Positions 16,841 through 25,381 of a stretch of DNA of 64,000 bases are shown here, piece after piece. Under the pieces are notes generated by a model, which made no database searches, was not told where the DNA came from, and was given only the letters and a program-made list of their open reading frames with translations. Each line of letters begins with the position of its first letter. Within the stretch, counting starts at the first letter, position 1. Position numbers and translations under genes: made by a program. Source of the DNA: a virus. The stretch lies in the IMG/VR virus record IMGVR_UViG_3300008952_000006, positions 96,001 to 160,000 of that record. One strand, 5' to 3'.

Positions 16841-18733
16841 ATGATGGGAATGTTTACAGCGCTCCCTGTGCCAGTTTGTGTAAGAACACCAGAGCAGGCA
16901 CAGGTAGTATTAGAGGAGTATAAAGATACAAGCATCTTAGCATTCGATACAGAGACAACTGGTCTCGACAGGCCAAGGGACAGAGCAGTTGTTCTGGCCC
17001 TTAGCGACGGAAAAACAAGATATGCAATCTACGCGGAAGTTATACCCTACTTCAAAGAATTCTTAGAGAACCCAGAATTAAAATTAATCGCGCACAACGC
17101 TAACTATGACTGCTGGATGCTGTTAAACGTTGGCATAGACGTTAATAGATACTCGTTACGAACACATTACCGTGTTCTCGATACTATGGTCATGCACGCG
17201 CTAGTGGACGACACTAAGTCACACAAGCTAAAGTCCCTCGCAAAAGAGTACCTAGGCATTGACATGGTCTCCTTCAAGAGCGTGTTCGGCTCACAGATGC
17301 GTAAACGGACACTGCACGACCTGCTGCTTGATCCTGAAAATGAGGATATTGTGACCAACTACGCATCACTAGATGCTTACGCCACATTCAAACTATTCCT
17401 TGCGCTTAGAGAAGAATTAAAGGAGATGGAGACAGGCCTGGAAGAATACCCAACCCTCTGGGAATACTTCTACAAAACCGAAGTCCCCTTCACCAGAATA
17501 CTCTGGGAGATGGAGCGTAATGGGGTGCGGATAGACGAGGAGGCCCTCCTTGAGCAAGCCCCCCTTATAGAGAGTGAACTTCTCGGCATACAGAAATGGT
17601 TCGGTCGGACCATGAATAAACTATACGTTAATCTCAACTCTGGTAAGGAGATGGGTGCATTTTTCTTCACCCAGCTGGGCTACAAGCCCGTGTCTTATAC
17701 GGAGAAGGGAAGCCCCCAGCTAAATGCACCAACCCTTGAGCGCTGGGCTAGGGGTGGTTGTGAGTACTCGGAGAAGCTCTTGCGTTATCGTGACCAAGAC
17801 AAGAAGCTATCCACGTATATAACCAACCTCCTTAAACGCATCCACGTAGATAAGCGTATCCACGCCACCTTCAATCAAACGGGGGCGCGAACCGGAAGGC
17901 TGAGTTCATCGGAGCCAAACCTGCAGAATCAGCCCCCCTACATACGGGGAGCATACATTGCAGAGGGGCGGTCACGCCTACTGGCTAGGGACTTTGCACA
18001 ATTGGAGATGCGCATCCTAGCGCATTTCTCAGGAGACTCGTCGTTAATCACAGCGATTAAAAGCGGACAAGATGTCCACTCAAGTACCGCATCAAAAATG
18101 TTCAAGGTTCCGTATGAGGATATTATGGAGGCTAGAAGAAAAGACGATGCGGATGAACCAGTAAGCCCCTACGAGAAAAAGCTCCTTACCCATCGGAAAG
18201 GTGCCAAAGCCATTAACTTTGGCTTGATGTATGGGCAGGGCTCTGGGAGGCTGTCGGCTACACTTGGGTGTTCTTTAGACGAAGCCAAGCTTCTAATAAA
18301 GCAGTACTTCGCAGCATTCCCTAAAATCACAAAGTACTTCCGTCAAGCTATCAAGGAAGCAACCGCAGACGGCTACTGCGCCACGATATTGGGTCGGCGC
18401 AGACAAGTGCCGGGGCTCAGGTCAAATATTAGTAGTGATAGAGGAGACGCTGAACGGAAGGTGAAGAACTCGCCTATTCAGGGCAGTGCTGCGGATATTA
18501 CTAAGATGGCCATGATCCGACTTTGGGAAGACCCGCTTGTCGAGGCATCTGGGGCCAAGATGGCCATCCAGGTTCACGATGAAATCGTTTTCGAGGTGCC
18601 TGAAGAGTTTGTGGACGACGAAGAATTTAATACGCGCATTGAGGAATTGATGGCGCACCCCTTCTCTTTTGAGTTGGCGGTTCCGCTAGAGACGTCAGGG
18701 AAGTACGGGAGCAACTGGGCGGAGTGTAAGTAA
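16841..18733 (+). CDS. polA: DNA polymerase family A with 3'-5' exonuclease (no 5'-3' exonuclease domain)
   Basis: Exo I FDTET, Exo II HNANYD, Exo III YASLDA; RTGRLSSSEPNLQN, motif A DFAQLEMR, motif B KAINFGLMYG, motif C QVHDE; SD AAGGAG. Confidence 0.96.
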   Translation: MMGMFTALPVPVCVRTPEQAQVVLEEYKDTSILAFDTETTGLDRPRDRAVVLALSDGKTRYAIYAEVIPYFKEFLENPELKLIAHNANYDCWMLLNVGIDVNRYSLRTHYRVLDTMVMHALVDDTKSHKLKSLAKEYLGIDMVSFKSVFGSQMRKRTLHDLLLDPENEDIVTNYASLDAYATFKLFLALREELKEMETGLEEYPTLWEYFYKTEVPFTRILWEMERNGVRIDEEALLEQAPLIESELLGIQKWFGRTMNKLYVNLNSGKEMGAFFFTQLGYKPVSYTEKGSPQLNAPTLERWARGGCEYSEKLLRYRDQDKKLSTYITNLLKRIHVDKRIHATFNQTGARTGRLSSSEPNLQNQPPYIRGAYIAEGRSRLLARDFAQLEMRILAHFSGDSSLITAIKSGQDVHSSTASKMFKVPYEDIMEARRKDDADEPVSPYEKKLLTHRKGAKAINFGLMYGQGSGRLSATLGCSLDEAKLLIKQYFAAFPKITKYFRQAIKEATADGYCATILGRRRQVPGLRSNISSDRGDAERKVKNSPIQGSAADITKMAMIRLWEDPLVEASGAKMAIQVHDEIVFEVPEEFVDDEEFNTRIEELMAHPFSFELAVPLETSGKYGSNWAECK

Positions 18734-18804
18734 TAAAAGGAATGCCTTTACCCAGAAAGCGCTGACCTTTATAAAAAGCGGACACACTAATAAAGGGGAG
18801 CCAT

Positions 18805-18981
18805 ATGGAGGACACAGAAGAAGCGATGCCAGATAGTTGCTACAGGGAATTAGACGAGAACGAAGAAAAGGAGTTCAGGAAATGGGCCAGGGACAACTAT
18901 ATTTCAGGAGACCCAGTAAAAGCCGTTTGGCACCCAGTGGTGCGAAACGAGTGCTCTATTATAGATAATGAATCGACGTAA
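18805..18981 (+). CDS. Small phage hypothetical protein (58 aa)
   Basis: Below the track cutoff. SD GGGGAG; MEDTEEAMPDSCYRELDENEEKEFRKWARDNY...WHPVVRNEC...*; overlaps the next start. Confidence 0.7.
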   Translation: MEDTEEAMPDSCYRELDENEEKEFRKWARDNYISGDPVKAVWHPVVRNECSIIDNEST

Positions 18982-19234
18982 ACCATGGTTTTTCTACGTA
19001 GTAGAATGCTCTGATCAGTCTCTCTATGCCGGTATTACTACTAATATAGAGAGACGGGTCAGCGAGCATAACAAGAGTCCGCGCGGGGCCAAGTATACAA
19101 GAAGCCGCAGACCTGTCCACCTAGTGATGTCCAGAAAATTCCCAAGTAAATCGGGAGCCCTAAAACATGAATACAAATTCAAGCGGCTTACTAAAAAAGG
19201 TAAATTGGCCGAAATTCGGAGACAGCATGGATGA
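18968..19234 (+). CDS. Stand-alone GIY-YIG nuclease (YhbQ/UPF0213-like)
   Basis: FFYVVECSDQSLYAGITTNIERRVSEHN...GAKYTRSRRP...ALKHEYKFKRL. Confidence 0.9.
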   Translation: MNRRKPWFFYVVECSDQSLYAGITTNIERRVSEHNKSPRGAKYTRSRRPVHLVMSRKFPSKSGALKHEYKFKRLTKKGKLAEIRRQHG

Positions 19235-19955
19235 TAACCAAAGAAAAATTACCAACCTAGGGTTGGTGACCCTAACCAACCTAATTATGCAAAAGGTTGT
19301 AGACAACCTTGTAGGCCCTGTGGAGTTTAAAGAGGGGTTCGACGGAAACTTTGCCATTGAGCTACGCGACATGGAAAAGGCAGCATATGGTTGGACTCCT
19401 TTTGTGGCGGCAGCCCCACTGAACACAGGAAACCTGGGAATAGATACGAAAGAGGTCTGGGTAAACTGCTGCTATCAAGTCTACGCGTACTACCGAGAAT
19501 TCGAGGGTATGCCATTCTCCATACTCAATCTTAGCCTCAAAACAAATGACAGAGCCCCTGTAAGAGATTGGCGAGACCTACAAAGAATCAAGAATGAATT
19601 ATGTGGAACACTTTGTGAGGCGGTAGAGATGTATCCTGCCGAGTACAGGCTGGTGGACACGTCCAACCAATACCATTTGTGGGTCCTGCCCCCAGGCAGG
19701 ATATTCCCGTTTGGTTACAATGGGGGAAGGGTCGTAACAAGTGACGCACCAACCAAGGAACGTCTAGAAAAACACATGAAGAAGAATTACAAATTTGGTG
19801 AGGACGAGAAAGCCGTACAGCGGCCCTTCGAAAAGCACCATACGGCAGACGACTGCCCACCAATCGGCCCACTCTGGGCAGCCAAAGGATATTCATTCAA
19901 CGAGGAAGCCGAACGGATTCTTCTGAATGGTAAAGAAGTAAAGGAGTTACGATGA
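19227..19955 (+). CDS. Hypothetical phage protein
   Basis: ATG 19227 after GGAG. Contains WRDLQRIKNEL..EAVEMYP..RLVD..NQYHLW, a motif I recall from uncharacterised phage proteins. Confidence 0.75.
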   Translation: MDDNQRKITNLGLVTLTNLIMQKVVDNLVGPVEFKEGFDGNFAIELRDMEKAAYGWTPFVAAAPLNTGNLGIDTKEVWVNCCYQVYAYYREFEGMPFSILNLSLKTNDRAPVRDWRDLQRIKNELCGTLCEAVEMYPAEYRLVDTSNQYHLWVLPPGRIFPFGYNGGRVVTSDAPTKERLEKHMKKNYKFGEDEKAVQRPFEKHHTADDCPPIGPLWAAKGYSFNEEAERILLNGKEVKELR

Positions 19956-20224
19956 AGGTAAAATACGCAGTCCCACAGCGCCTGGTAAGCGATCTGATCG
20001 CTTCTGGCCTCGCAAGCGGGGAAGAAGACGCAATGACTAAAGTCGCCTCTGGTGAGGGCCTGGACGCCCTCTGGGCAGACAAAAATAAAAAATTAATAGA
20101 ACTCGAAATAGCATTCCAGTCAAACGGCGGACGGGGTGTTGACCTTGCGGAAGAGATCGACCTGCTGCGTGGAAGCATTGAGGAGATAGACGAGCTTATT
20201 AAAACTCGAGACGGGGAGAAGTAA
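19952..20224 (+). CDS. Hypothetical protein (90 aa)
   Basis: ATGA overlap with the upstream gene, SD AAGGAG, stop overlaps the next start. Confidence 0.75.
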   Translation: MKVKYAVPQRLVSDLIASGLASGEEDAMTKVASGEGLDALWADKNKKLIELEIAFQSNGGRGVDLAEEIDLLRGSIEEIDELIKTRDGEK

Positions 20225-21282
20225 TGACCAAGAAAGACAACTTGGCTGGTCTGATCAAGGGTATCCAGAAAGACCTTGGAGGGGCAGCAAGAATTACCCG
20301 CCTCTCCGAGGTGGTCGCGCCATTCCAGACCAGACTGCCTACAGGTATTCTGAGTTTAGACTTGGCGCTTAGAGGTGGGTTCCCTGCGGGGTCCATGCAC
20401 CAATTATTTGGGCCAGATGGGGCGGGCAAAGACTATTTGTCCAATCTACTCATGGCGCAGACCCAAAGAACATACGGCGAAAAGACTAATATCGCCTGGA
20501 TGTCCTTTGGCTACAAACCCGACATCCCCTTCATGGAGATGTGTGGGATCGACACCGAAGTCGGCAACCTAATGTTTATTGACGTTGGAAATGAAGAAGC
20601 GCTTGACCAACCAGCCGAGTCGCTCCTTACAGCCATGTTGAACCTTATTAGGTCTAATAAATTCCAGTTAATGATTATTAACGAGCTTGGTTCAGGAGAA
20701 ACTAAGGACAACGTAAAGAAAGGACTCCATGAAGACGCAAAGATTGCTACATGGGCGTCTCTTATGGCTACCTTCTGCCAAAAGTTTTATAGTGCTATGC
20801 GGAATACGGATGAAGAAACAGGTCCAAACAAGACCTGTGTTATCATGATAAATCCCGTAAGGGCCAATATAGACGCTAGGTCGGCAAAGTACTTCCCCTA
20901 TTCACAAGGTGGTGGCTACGCGCTCAAGCATGCAAAGGCAGTTGACCTACATCTAAGAATTGGTAGCTCAATAAAATCTGGTGGTAAAAAGGTGGGAAAA
21001 GAAATCAAATGGAAGATAAGCAAGGGCAAACATGGAATCTCTGAAGGCGCGGAGGGCGGCTATAGCTTCATCTTCAACCAAGGAGTTGACTTAACAGAGG
21101 ACCTCGCAAATACCGCCAAAGCCATGGGGCTCATCAGAAGCTCAGGCCCTGTGTATTATATATTAGACTACGAAGATAAGGTTAAGGGCGGATTGGCCGG
21201 TGTCGTAGACATCCTAAGAAAATCCCCCGCGCTCTGCGAAGAAGTTCGCGCAGCTGTATTAGAGAAAGCAAAGAATGGCTAA
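20224..21282 (+). CDS. recA: RecA/UvsX-like protein with altered ATPase motifs
   Basis: PTGILSLDLALRGGFPAG, FGPDGAGKD, GGYALKHA, KISKGK, FIFNQGVD. Confidence 0.85.
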   Translation: MTKKDNLAGLIKGIQKDLGGAARITRLSEVVAPFQTRLPTGILSLDLALRGGFPAGSMHQLFGPDGAGKDYLSNLLMAQTQRTYGEKTNIAWMSFGYKPDIPFMEMCGIDTEVGNLMFIDVGNEEALDQPAESLLTAMLNLIRSNKFQLMIINELGSGETKDNVKKGLHEDAKIATWASLMATFCQKFYSAMRNTDEETGPNKTCVIMINPVRANIDARSAKYFPYSQGGGYALKHAKAVDLHLRIGSSIKSGGKKVGKEIKWKISKGKHGISEGAEGGYSFIFNQGVDLTEDLANTAKAMGLIRSSGPVYYILDYEDKVKGGLAGVVDILRKSPALCEEVRAAVLEKAKNG

Positions 21283-22036
21283 AGTCTACGTAAAGATTGG
21301 ACCCAAGGTCGTTGAACACGCGGTTGACGGACTCCCGTTTCTCCCAGGGCTTTGTATGCACAAAGTCCCGTATAGCGGGAAGTCCAGCAGCGTATACAAC
21401 ATAACGCACACACAAAGCGGCCTTGCGGTCCTATCTAAAGTAGATGAAGCCAACTTAGAGCTTATCAGAATGATCCTAGGGCGGATGCTGTGGGACAAAA
21501 CAACAGACATTATCTTTGATGAAAGTAAGTACTACAGTCTAGTCAAAGAAGCGGAGGCCGTATTGTCCAATCATAAAGAAAGCGAGAAGCAGGAAAAGAG
21601 AATCGCTAAGGATATAAAGGGAAAACGACAGCCCGCCTCTGGATCAAGATGGGGCAGCAAGAGGGACGTTATTACACCAGATCTGTTGATCGAGGCTAAA
21701 ACAACAAAATCCTCCAGACAGAGTGTGTCGATAAAAGACCTCCATTTCCTAACGAGGCAGGCATACCAACAAGGTAAAGTCCCTGCGTATATTATAGAGT
21801 TTGCGAGAAGGTGGGAGGTTGTCCTTGTGCCTGTACAAGAACTTGCAGAAAGTACCCTGGAAGAATTTGAAGAAACCAGGAACCTAGACTATAAAAAGAG
21901 GAAGTCGTTTTCCGTTAGCACGGGATTGGCTGACTGGGTTTCATCCGAAAATTGCGCCCTGATTGAGACATCGGAAACAACCTATGCACTAATAAGCTAT
22001 TGCTCCTTTCTGGAAATAGCTAAGAGGGGAATATGA
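21275..22036 (+). CDS. PD-(D/E)XK nuclease (Holliday-junction resolvase-like C-terminal domain)
   Basis: QEKRIAKDIKGKRQPASGS...DV....LIEAKTT...KVPAYIIEF. Confidence 0.75.
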   Translation: MAKVYVKIGPKVVEHAVDGLPFLPGLCMHKVPYSGKSSSVYNITHTQSGLAVLSKVDEANLELIRMILGRMLWDKTTDIIFDESKYYSLVKEAEAVLSNHKESEKQEKRIAKDIKGKRQPASGSRWGSKRDVITPDLLIEAKTTKSSRQSVSIKDLHFLTRQAYQQGKVPAYIIEFARRWEVVLVPVQELAESTLEEFEETRNLDYKKRKSFSVSTGLADWVSSENCALIETSETTYALISYCSFLEIAKRGI

Positions 22037-22734
22037 AGAGAGATAAAACAAGCATGCCCCTTCGGTGTTTCCGCGAGGAGCAACCTAAGAACGACAGGAA
22101 CTTCAACATTGCTCGAGAGTTTGAGTACTTGCTGGAGAAGGAGAACGCTAAGCCGTGGACACGGAAAATAGGGCATTACCACCCATCCTCAATACGGGGG
22201 TGTAAACGGGCAATGTATTACGATAGGATTGGGGCTGATCCCAAACCTAGAATACACGCAGATCTACGTATGCTGTTTGACATGGGCCACGCTCTCCATG
22301 GCATGGTTCAGGAATACCTAGCACAAATAGAAGGCTTCGAGCCAGAAGTAGCGATTGAGTTCGAACCGCTAAACTTGTACGGCCACTGTGACGGTGTGTT
22401 TAGAGCACAGGACTGGGTCTTGGAAATTAAGACTGTGGGTGAGTCAGTTTACAGAACACTGGTTCAACCTAAAATTGATCACATCTGGCAAATTCATTGC
22501 TATATGTTTGCTCTAGACATCCCAAGAACACAGCTGCTCTATGTTAACAGAGCAACCGGAGCAACCCGCTTATTCAAGGTTACTTTTTCAAATGACATAT
22601 GGGACCAGATAGTAAGTATTATTAATTATGTAGAGGGATTTGTTAAAAAAGAGACACCTCCCCCGCAAGAGATAAGCAAGTGGACCTGCCGATCCTGCAA
22701 GTTTTATCATATATGCGAACCAAGTTTTGACTAA
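22033..22734 (+). CDS. Cas4-like/RecB-family PD-(D/E)XK exonuclease with Fe-S cysteines
   Basis: PSSIRGCKR, GHALH, GHCDG, LEIKT, QIHCYM, CRSCKFYHIC. Confidence 0.88.
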   Translation: MKRDKTSMPLRCFREEQPKNDRNFNIAREFEYLLEKENAKPWTRKIGHYHPSSIRGCKRAMYYDRIGADPKPRIHADLRMLFDMGHALHGMVQEYLAQIEGFEPEVAIEFEPLNLYGHCDGVFRAQDWVLEIKTVGESVYRTLVQPKIDHIWQIHCYMFALDIPRTQLLYVNRATGATRLFKVTFSNDIWDQIVSIINYVEGFVKKETPPPQEISKWTCRSCKFYHICEPSFD

Positions 22735-22743
22735 GGAAGAATA

Positions 22744-23307
22744 ATGACACAGGAAAAGAAAGATCTTTTTCTGGCACTTCGGGACACCTTGGAGGAAGAC
22801 CTCAAAAGAACAGGCTTTAATCCTGACACCAATCCTCCAGGACGTGAACCCAGGATTAGGGGTTCCGTCGCCGCCCTAAAGGCACCAGAATTAAAGGAAA
22901 TGTACGACGAGTTCTTAGCATTTTACGACTACATCACAGACCAGATAGTTACAGACATAGGCTTTGAAGTAGTCAGCAAAGCAAGGCTTGAGCATGTGCA
23001 GGCATCGGTGACCCTCAAGGCTCACGCAGACTCCTCACTTAAAAATGCCGAACAGCGGAAAGCATTTGTATATAACGACCCGGCCTATCTTGGAGCAAAG
23101 AGAGACTACACCTACTTCAAGGGGAAGCTCGCCATGCAACAAGAAAGAAGGGATAAGTATAAACGGGCTATGGACCGCATCGGACGAGAGTTGTGGCTTA
23201 GAACACAGGATGATAATCCGCAGGAATTCTTTAAGCCAAATAAACGAATTAAACTACCGGAGCCAGCTTACCAATCAACCTATAAGCGTATTAAAGATGA
23301 AGGGTAG
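22744..23307 (+). CDS. Helical hypothetical protein, possibly UvsY-like recombination mediator
   Basis: Coiled-coil character, KNAEQRKAFVYNDPAY segment, context next to RecA and nucleases. The function is a weak inference. Confidence 0.6.
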   Translation: MTQEKKDLFLALRDTLEEDLKRTGFNPDTNPPGREPRIRGSVAALKAPELKEMYDEFLAFYDYITDQIVTDIGFEVVSKARLEHVQASVTLKAHADSSLKNAEQRKAFVYNDPAYLGAKRDYTYFKGKLAMQQERRDKYKRAMDRIGRELWLRTQDDNPQEFFKPNKRIKLPEPAYQSTYKRIKDEG

Positions 23308-23731
23308 CTGTGTGTTCGAAGCAAAAATAACAGTGCTGCCGCCGTCTGTTAATAAAATGTACGTCTATACAAAGTGGGGCCCCCGACCATCGTCGGCAAT
23401 GAAAAAGTTCAAAGCAAAGGCAATGGCAGAGCTGGTAAAACAGGTGCCGTTCGACTCAGAGCCCTTAGATAAAAACTTACCCTACAGACTTAGCTTGGAG
23501 TTCTACCTGCCAGCCCTTATAAACAAAGGCTGGCCGGGTAAGGCAAAAACTAGATACAAAAGAAGAGATGTTTCAAATCTTGTCAAGGTAGTTGAGGATG
23601 TTCTTGCCCAATGCCTGGGCGTAGATGATTCATGCTTCCTCGAAGAGGAGCTGAAGAAGCTTGATGGCGGGATTCATGGGTTTGTGGGGATCAAAATCAA
23701 GGTATACGAGCTAATCCAAGAGGATACATAA
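23297..23731 (+). CDS. rusA: RusA-family Holliday junction resolvase
   Basis: LPPSVNKMY, RRDVSNLVKVVEDVL, GVDDS. ATG 23297 preferred to the track start 23045. Confidence 0.85.
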   Translation: MKGSCVFEAKITVLPPSVNKMYVYTKWGPRPSSAMKKFKAKAMAELVKQVPFDSEPLDKNLPYRLSLEFYLPALINKGWPGKAKTRYKRRDVSNLVKVVEDVLAQCLGVDDSCFLEEELKKLDGGIHGFVGIKIKVYELIQEDT

Positions 23732-23732
23732 A

Positions 23733-24020
23733 ATGACCAATAATAAATTAACCCCCCTAGAGCTTCAGCATATAGTCTGGACAGAGCATGGAAGGCGGAT
23801 CGCTATCCATCCAAACCCAGAGCAAATACAGGCCCTTTTACCGTATAAGGTAGACGAAGCTAAAGAGAACCAGTTTAACCATATGCGTGATGAAATCATG
23901 CTTTACATAAAGGAACACGAGAATATGTTGTCTTTACCTTGCAATGGTGATTGTTATCAACACACAGACGGTGTAGTGGTGTTTTGCCACCAACAACTTA
24001 TGGAGGATCAGTCAGAATGA
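23733..24020 (+). CDS. Hypothetical protein (95 aa) with C-x3-C-x2-H...C motif
   Basis: CNGDCYQH..VVVFCH; coupled to both neighbours. Confidence 0.75.
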   Translation: MTNNKLTPLELQHIVWTEHGRRIAIHPNPEQIQALLPYKVDEAKENQFNHMRDEIMLYIKEHENMLSLPCNGDCYQHTDGVVVFCHQQLMEDQSE

Positions 24021-24928
24021 CCGCAGCAACAAAAGTGAAAGTAAAAAAGAAAATGTTTGAGAACCTGGATAGGGCAGAGATTAGAAATCTAGCCATTTTC
24101 GGGATGAAGCTATCCCCGCACCAAGCCTATCACCTAGACTCTAAGCAATTAGTTACCTGGGTGCATGACCGCGCTCTCGAAGTACCGGCAGAAGAAGTCA
24201 CTGGAGACCGTGGCGTAGACACGAGGTCGTTCTTAGACGCAGACCTGGAAGCGGTAATCGCTCGACAACGAGAAGAGCGAGAAACTTTTAGGGAAGGCGT
24301 TCTGGATTACATCTCTAGACTACGAGAGTTTGTCAGGGGTGAATCCGAGAAGGAGCCCGGGTGGCCGCCGATTAAAGATGGCACAGAAGAGGTTGTTGTT
24401 AAAGACGCAACCCCGCCAAAGGAAAAAGAGCCCGTAAAGCGACGACGTGGACGACCTCGCAAGACAGAGACCGTCAACAACAAGACGCCGCAAAAGGCTG
24501 CCCCGAAAGCTAAGGTGACCCCTAAAGTTGCCCCTGCTCCTGCGGCTACGGCGAAGCCAAAGAAGAAGATCAAGAAAACAAAGTTCGGTACAAAGGCGGA
24601 GCCAACGGTTGTCGCGCAAGTAAGTGAATCGAACCAAACAGAAGTATTAGAGGCTATTAAAGTTCTCGAGACCCAAGTAACAGAAATCACACAAACCATT
24701 AAAGACATCAGTGCCTTTACCGATGGTTTGGCTAGTGGAATTAAAGACGGGTTTGAGAGAATGAACGAGCAAGTAACTGCTATTCGTGCGGAACAAACGG
24801 CAGCACATAACCTCCTGGGTAATGCGCTCTTGTTCTTGATGAATTCTGCTATATTCGAGCAAGGTGAGGAAAAGGCTGATCTGGCCGCGATACCTGAGCC
24901 GAGCGTCTATTTAGATATAGAAGAATAA
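24017..24928 (+). CDS. Putative DNA-binding protein with AT-hook, K/A/P-rich linker and coiled coil (303 aa)
   Basis: ATG 24017 (ATGA overlap, SD GGAGG); KRRRGRPRK; KAAPKAKVTPKVAPAPAATAKPKKK. Confidence 0.8.
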   Translation: MTAATKVKVKKKMFENLDRAEIRNLAIFGMKLSPHQAYHLDSKQLVTWVHDRALEVPAEEVTGDRGVDTRSFLDADLEAVIARQREERETFREGVLDYISRLREFVRGESEKEPGWPPIKDGTEEVVVKDATPPKEKEPVKRRRGRPRKTETVNNKTPQKAAPKAKVTPKVAPAPAATAKPKKKIKKTKFGTKAEPTVVAQVSESNQTEVLEAIKVLETQVTEITQTIKDISAFTDGLASGIKDGFERMNEQVTAIRAEQTAAHNLLGNALLFLMNSAIFEQGEEKADLAAIPEPSVYLDIEE

Positions 24929-24958
24929 CTGCCCGTACCCTCCTTCGGGCCAGCAGGT

Positions 24959-25003
24959 GACCCCTTGTATGCGTATTACTACGCATATAGGGGGTCTTTT
25001 TTT
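24959..25003 (+). terminator. Rho-independent terminator ending the replication operon
   Basis: 17-bp stem GACCCCTTGTATGCGTA-ttac-TACGCATATAGGGGGTC (two G-U pairs) followed by T7. Confidence 0.9.
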
Positions 25004-25037
25004 ACCCCCAAAAAGTGCAAAAATAGACCCCTTTTTA

Positions 25038-25045
25038 GGGATAAG
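25038..25045 (+). promoter_or_regulatory. Candidate phage promoter motif GGGATAAG (copy 3)
   Basis: TTTTTAGGGATAAGAA just after the terminator and upstream of the 71-aa gene. Confidence 0.5.
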
Positions 25046-25116
25046 AATGATGAAGGAAGGGTTGTGTATCTCTCCCCCTTCACCTTTTCTCACAGATACA
25101 CAGGGAGAAACTAAAA

Positions 25117-25332
25117 ATGGCTATTTCAATTTTCAAAAAGCAGACCAAAAAACCAAACCAGATTGAACAATTCGGGAAGGCAGTGGGGGGCCAAGTAGCG
25201 GTGATGATCGCCGCTAGCGCGGTATTGACACTGATCGATACAGGGGTGTCCTTCGCTAGCCAAAAGGTAAACGACCTTAGGGCGAAGCGAGCGGCGGCTA
25301 AGGCCGAAGAGGCTGCTCCGACTGCTGCGTAA
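25117..25332 (+). CDS. Small monocistronic protein (71 aa) with a central hydrophobic segment
   Basis: SD GGGAG; segment AVGGQVAVMIAASAVLTLI; flanked by the candidate promoter and a terminator. Confidence 0.75.
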   Translation: MAISIFKKQTKKPNQIEQFGKAVGGQVAVMIAASAVLTLIDTGVSFASQKVNDLRAKRAAAKAEEAAPTAA

Positions 25333-25349
25333 GCAGCAAGTCGAGAAAG

Positions 25350-25381
25350 TAGGGGACGCGAAAGCGTACCCCTATTTTTTT
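25350..25381. terminator. Terminator between convergent units (probably bidirectional)
   Basis: TAGGGGACGC-gaaa-GCGTACCCCTA followed by a T run; A-rich on the other side. Confidence 0.85.

Noticed and set aside
18968-19234. Homing endonuclease or intron associated with polA
   Set aside because: Only 88 aa with no DNA-binding extension, it resembles stand-alone YhbQ-type proteins, and polA is uninterrupted.
22033-22734. CRISPR-Cas system suggested by the Cas4-like gene
   Set aside because: No cas1/cas2 or effector genes, and I saw no repeat-spacer array anywhere in the window.
15084-23157. Intragenic GG[T/G]ATAAG copies as internal promoters
   Set aside because: They coincide with Arg-Tyr/Asp-Lys codons, lack the upstream T run, and are within chance expectation.
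23045-23296. N-terminal extension or frameshift fusion of the RusA ORF
   Set aside because: Overlaps the 187-aa gene in another frame; RusA motifs begin after ATG 23297; no convincing slippery site seen.
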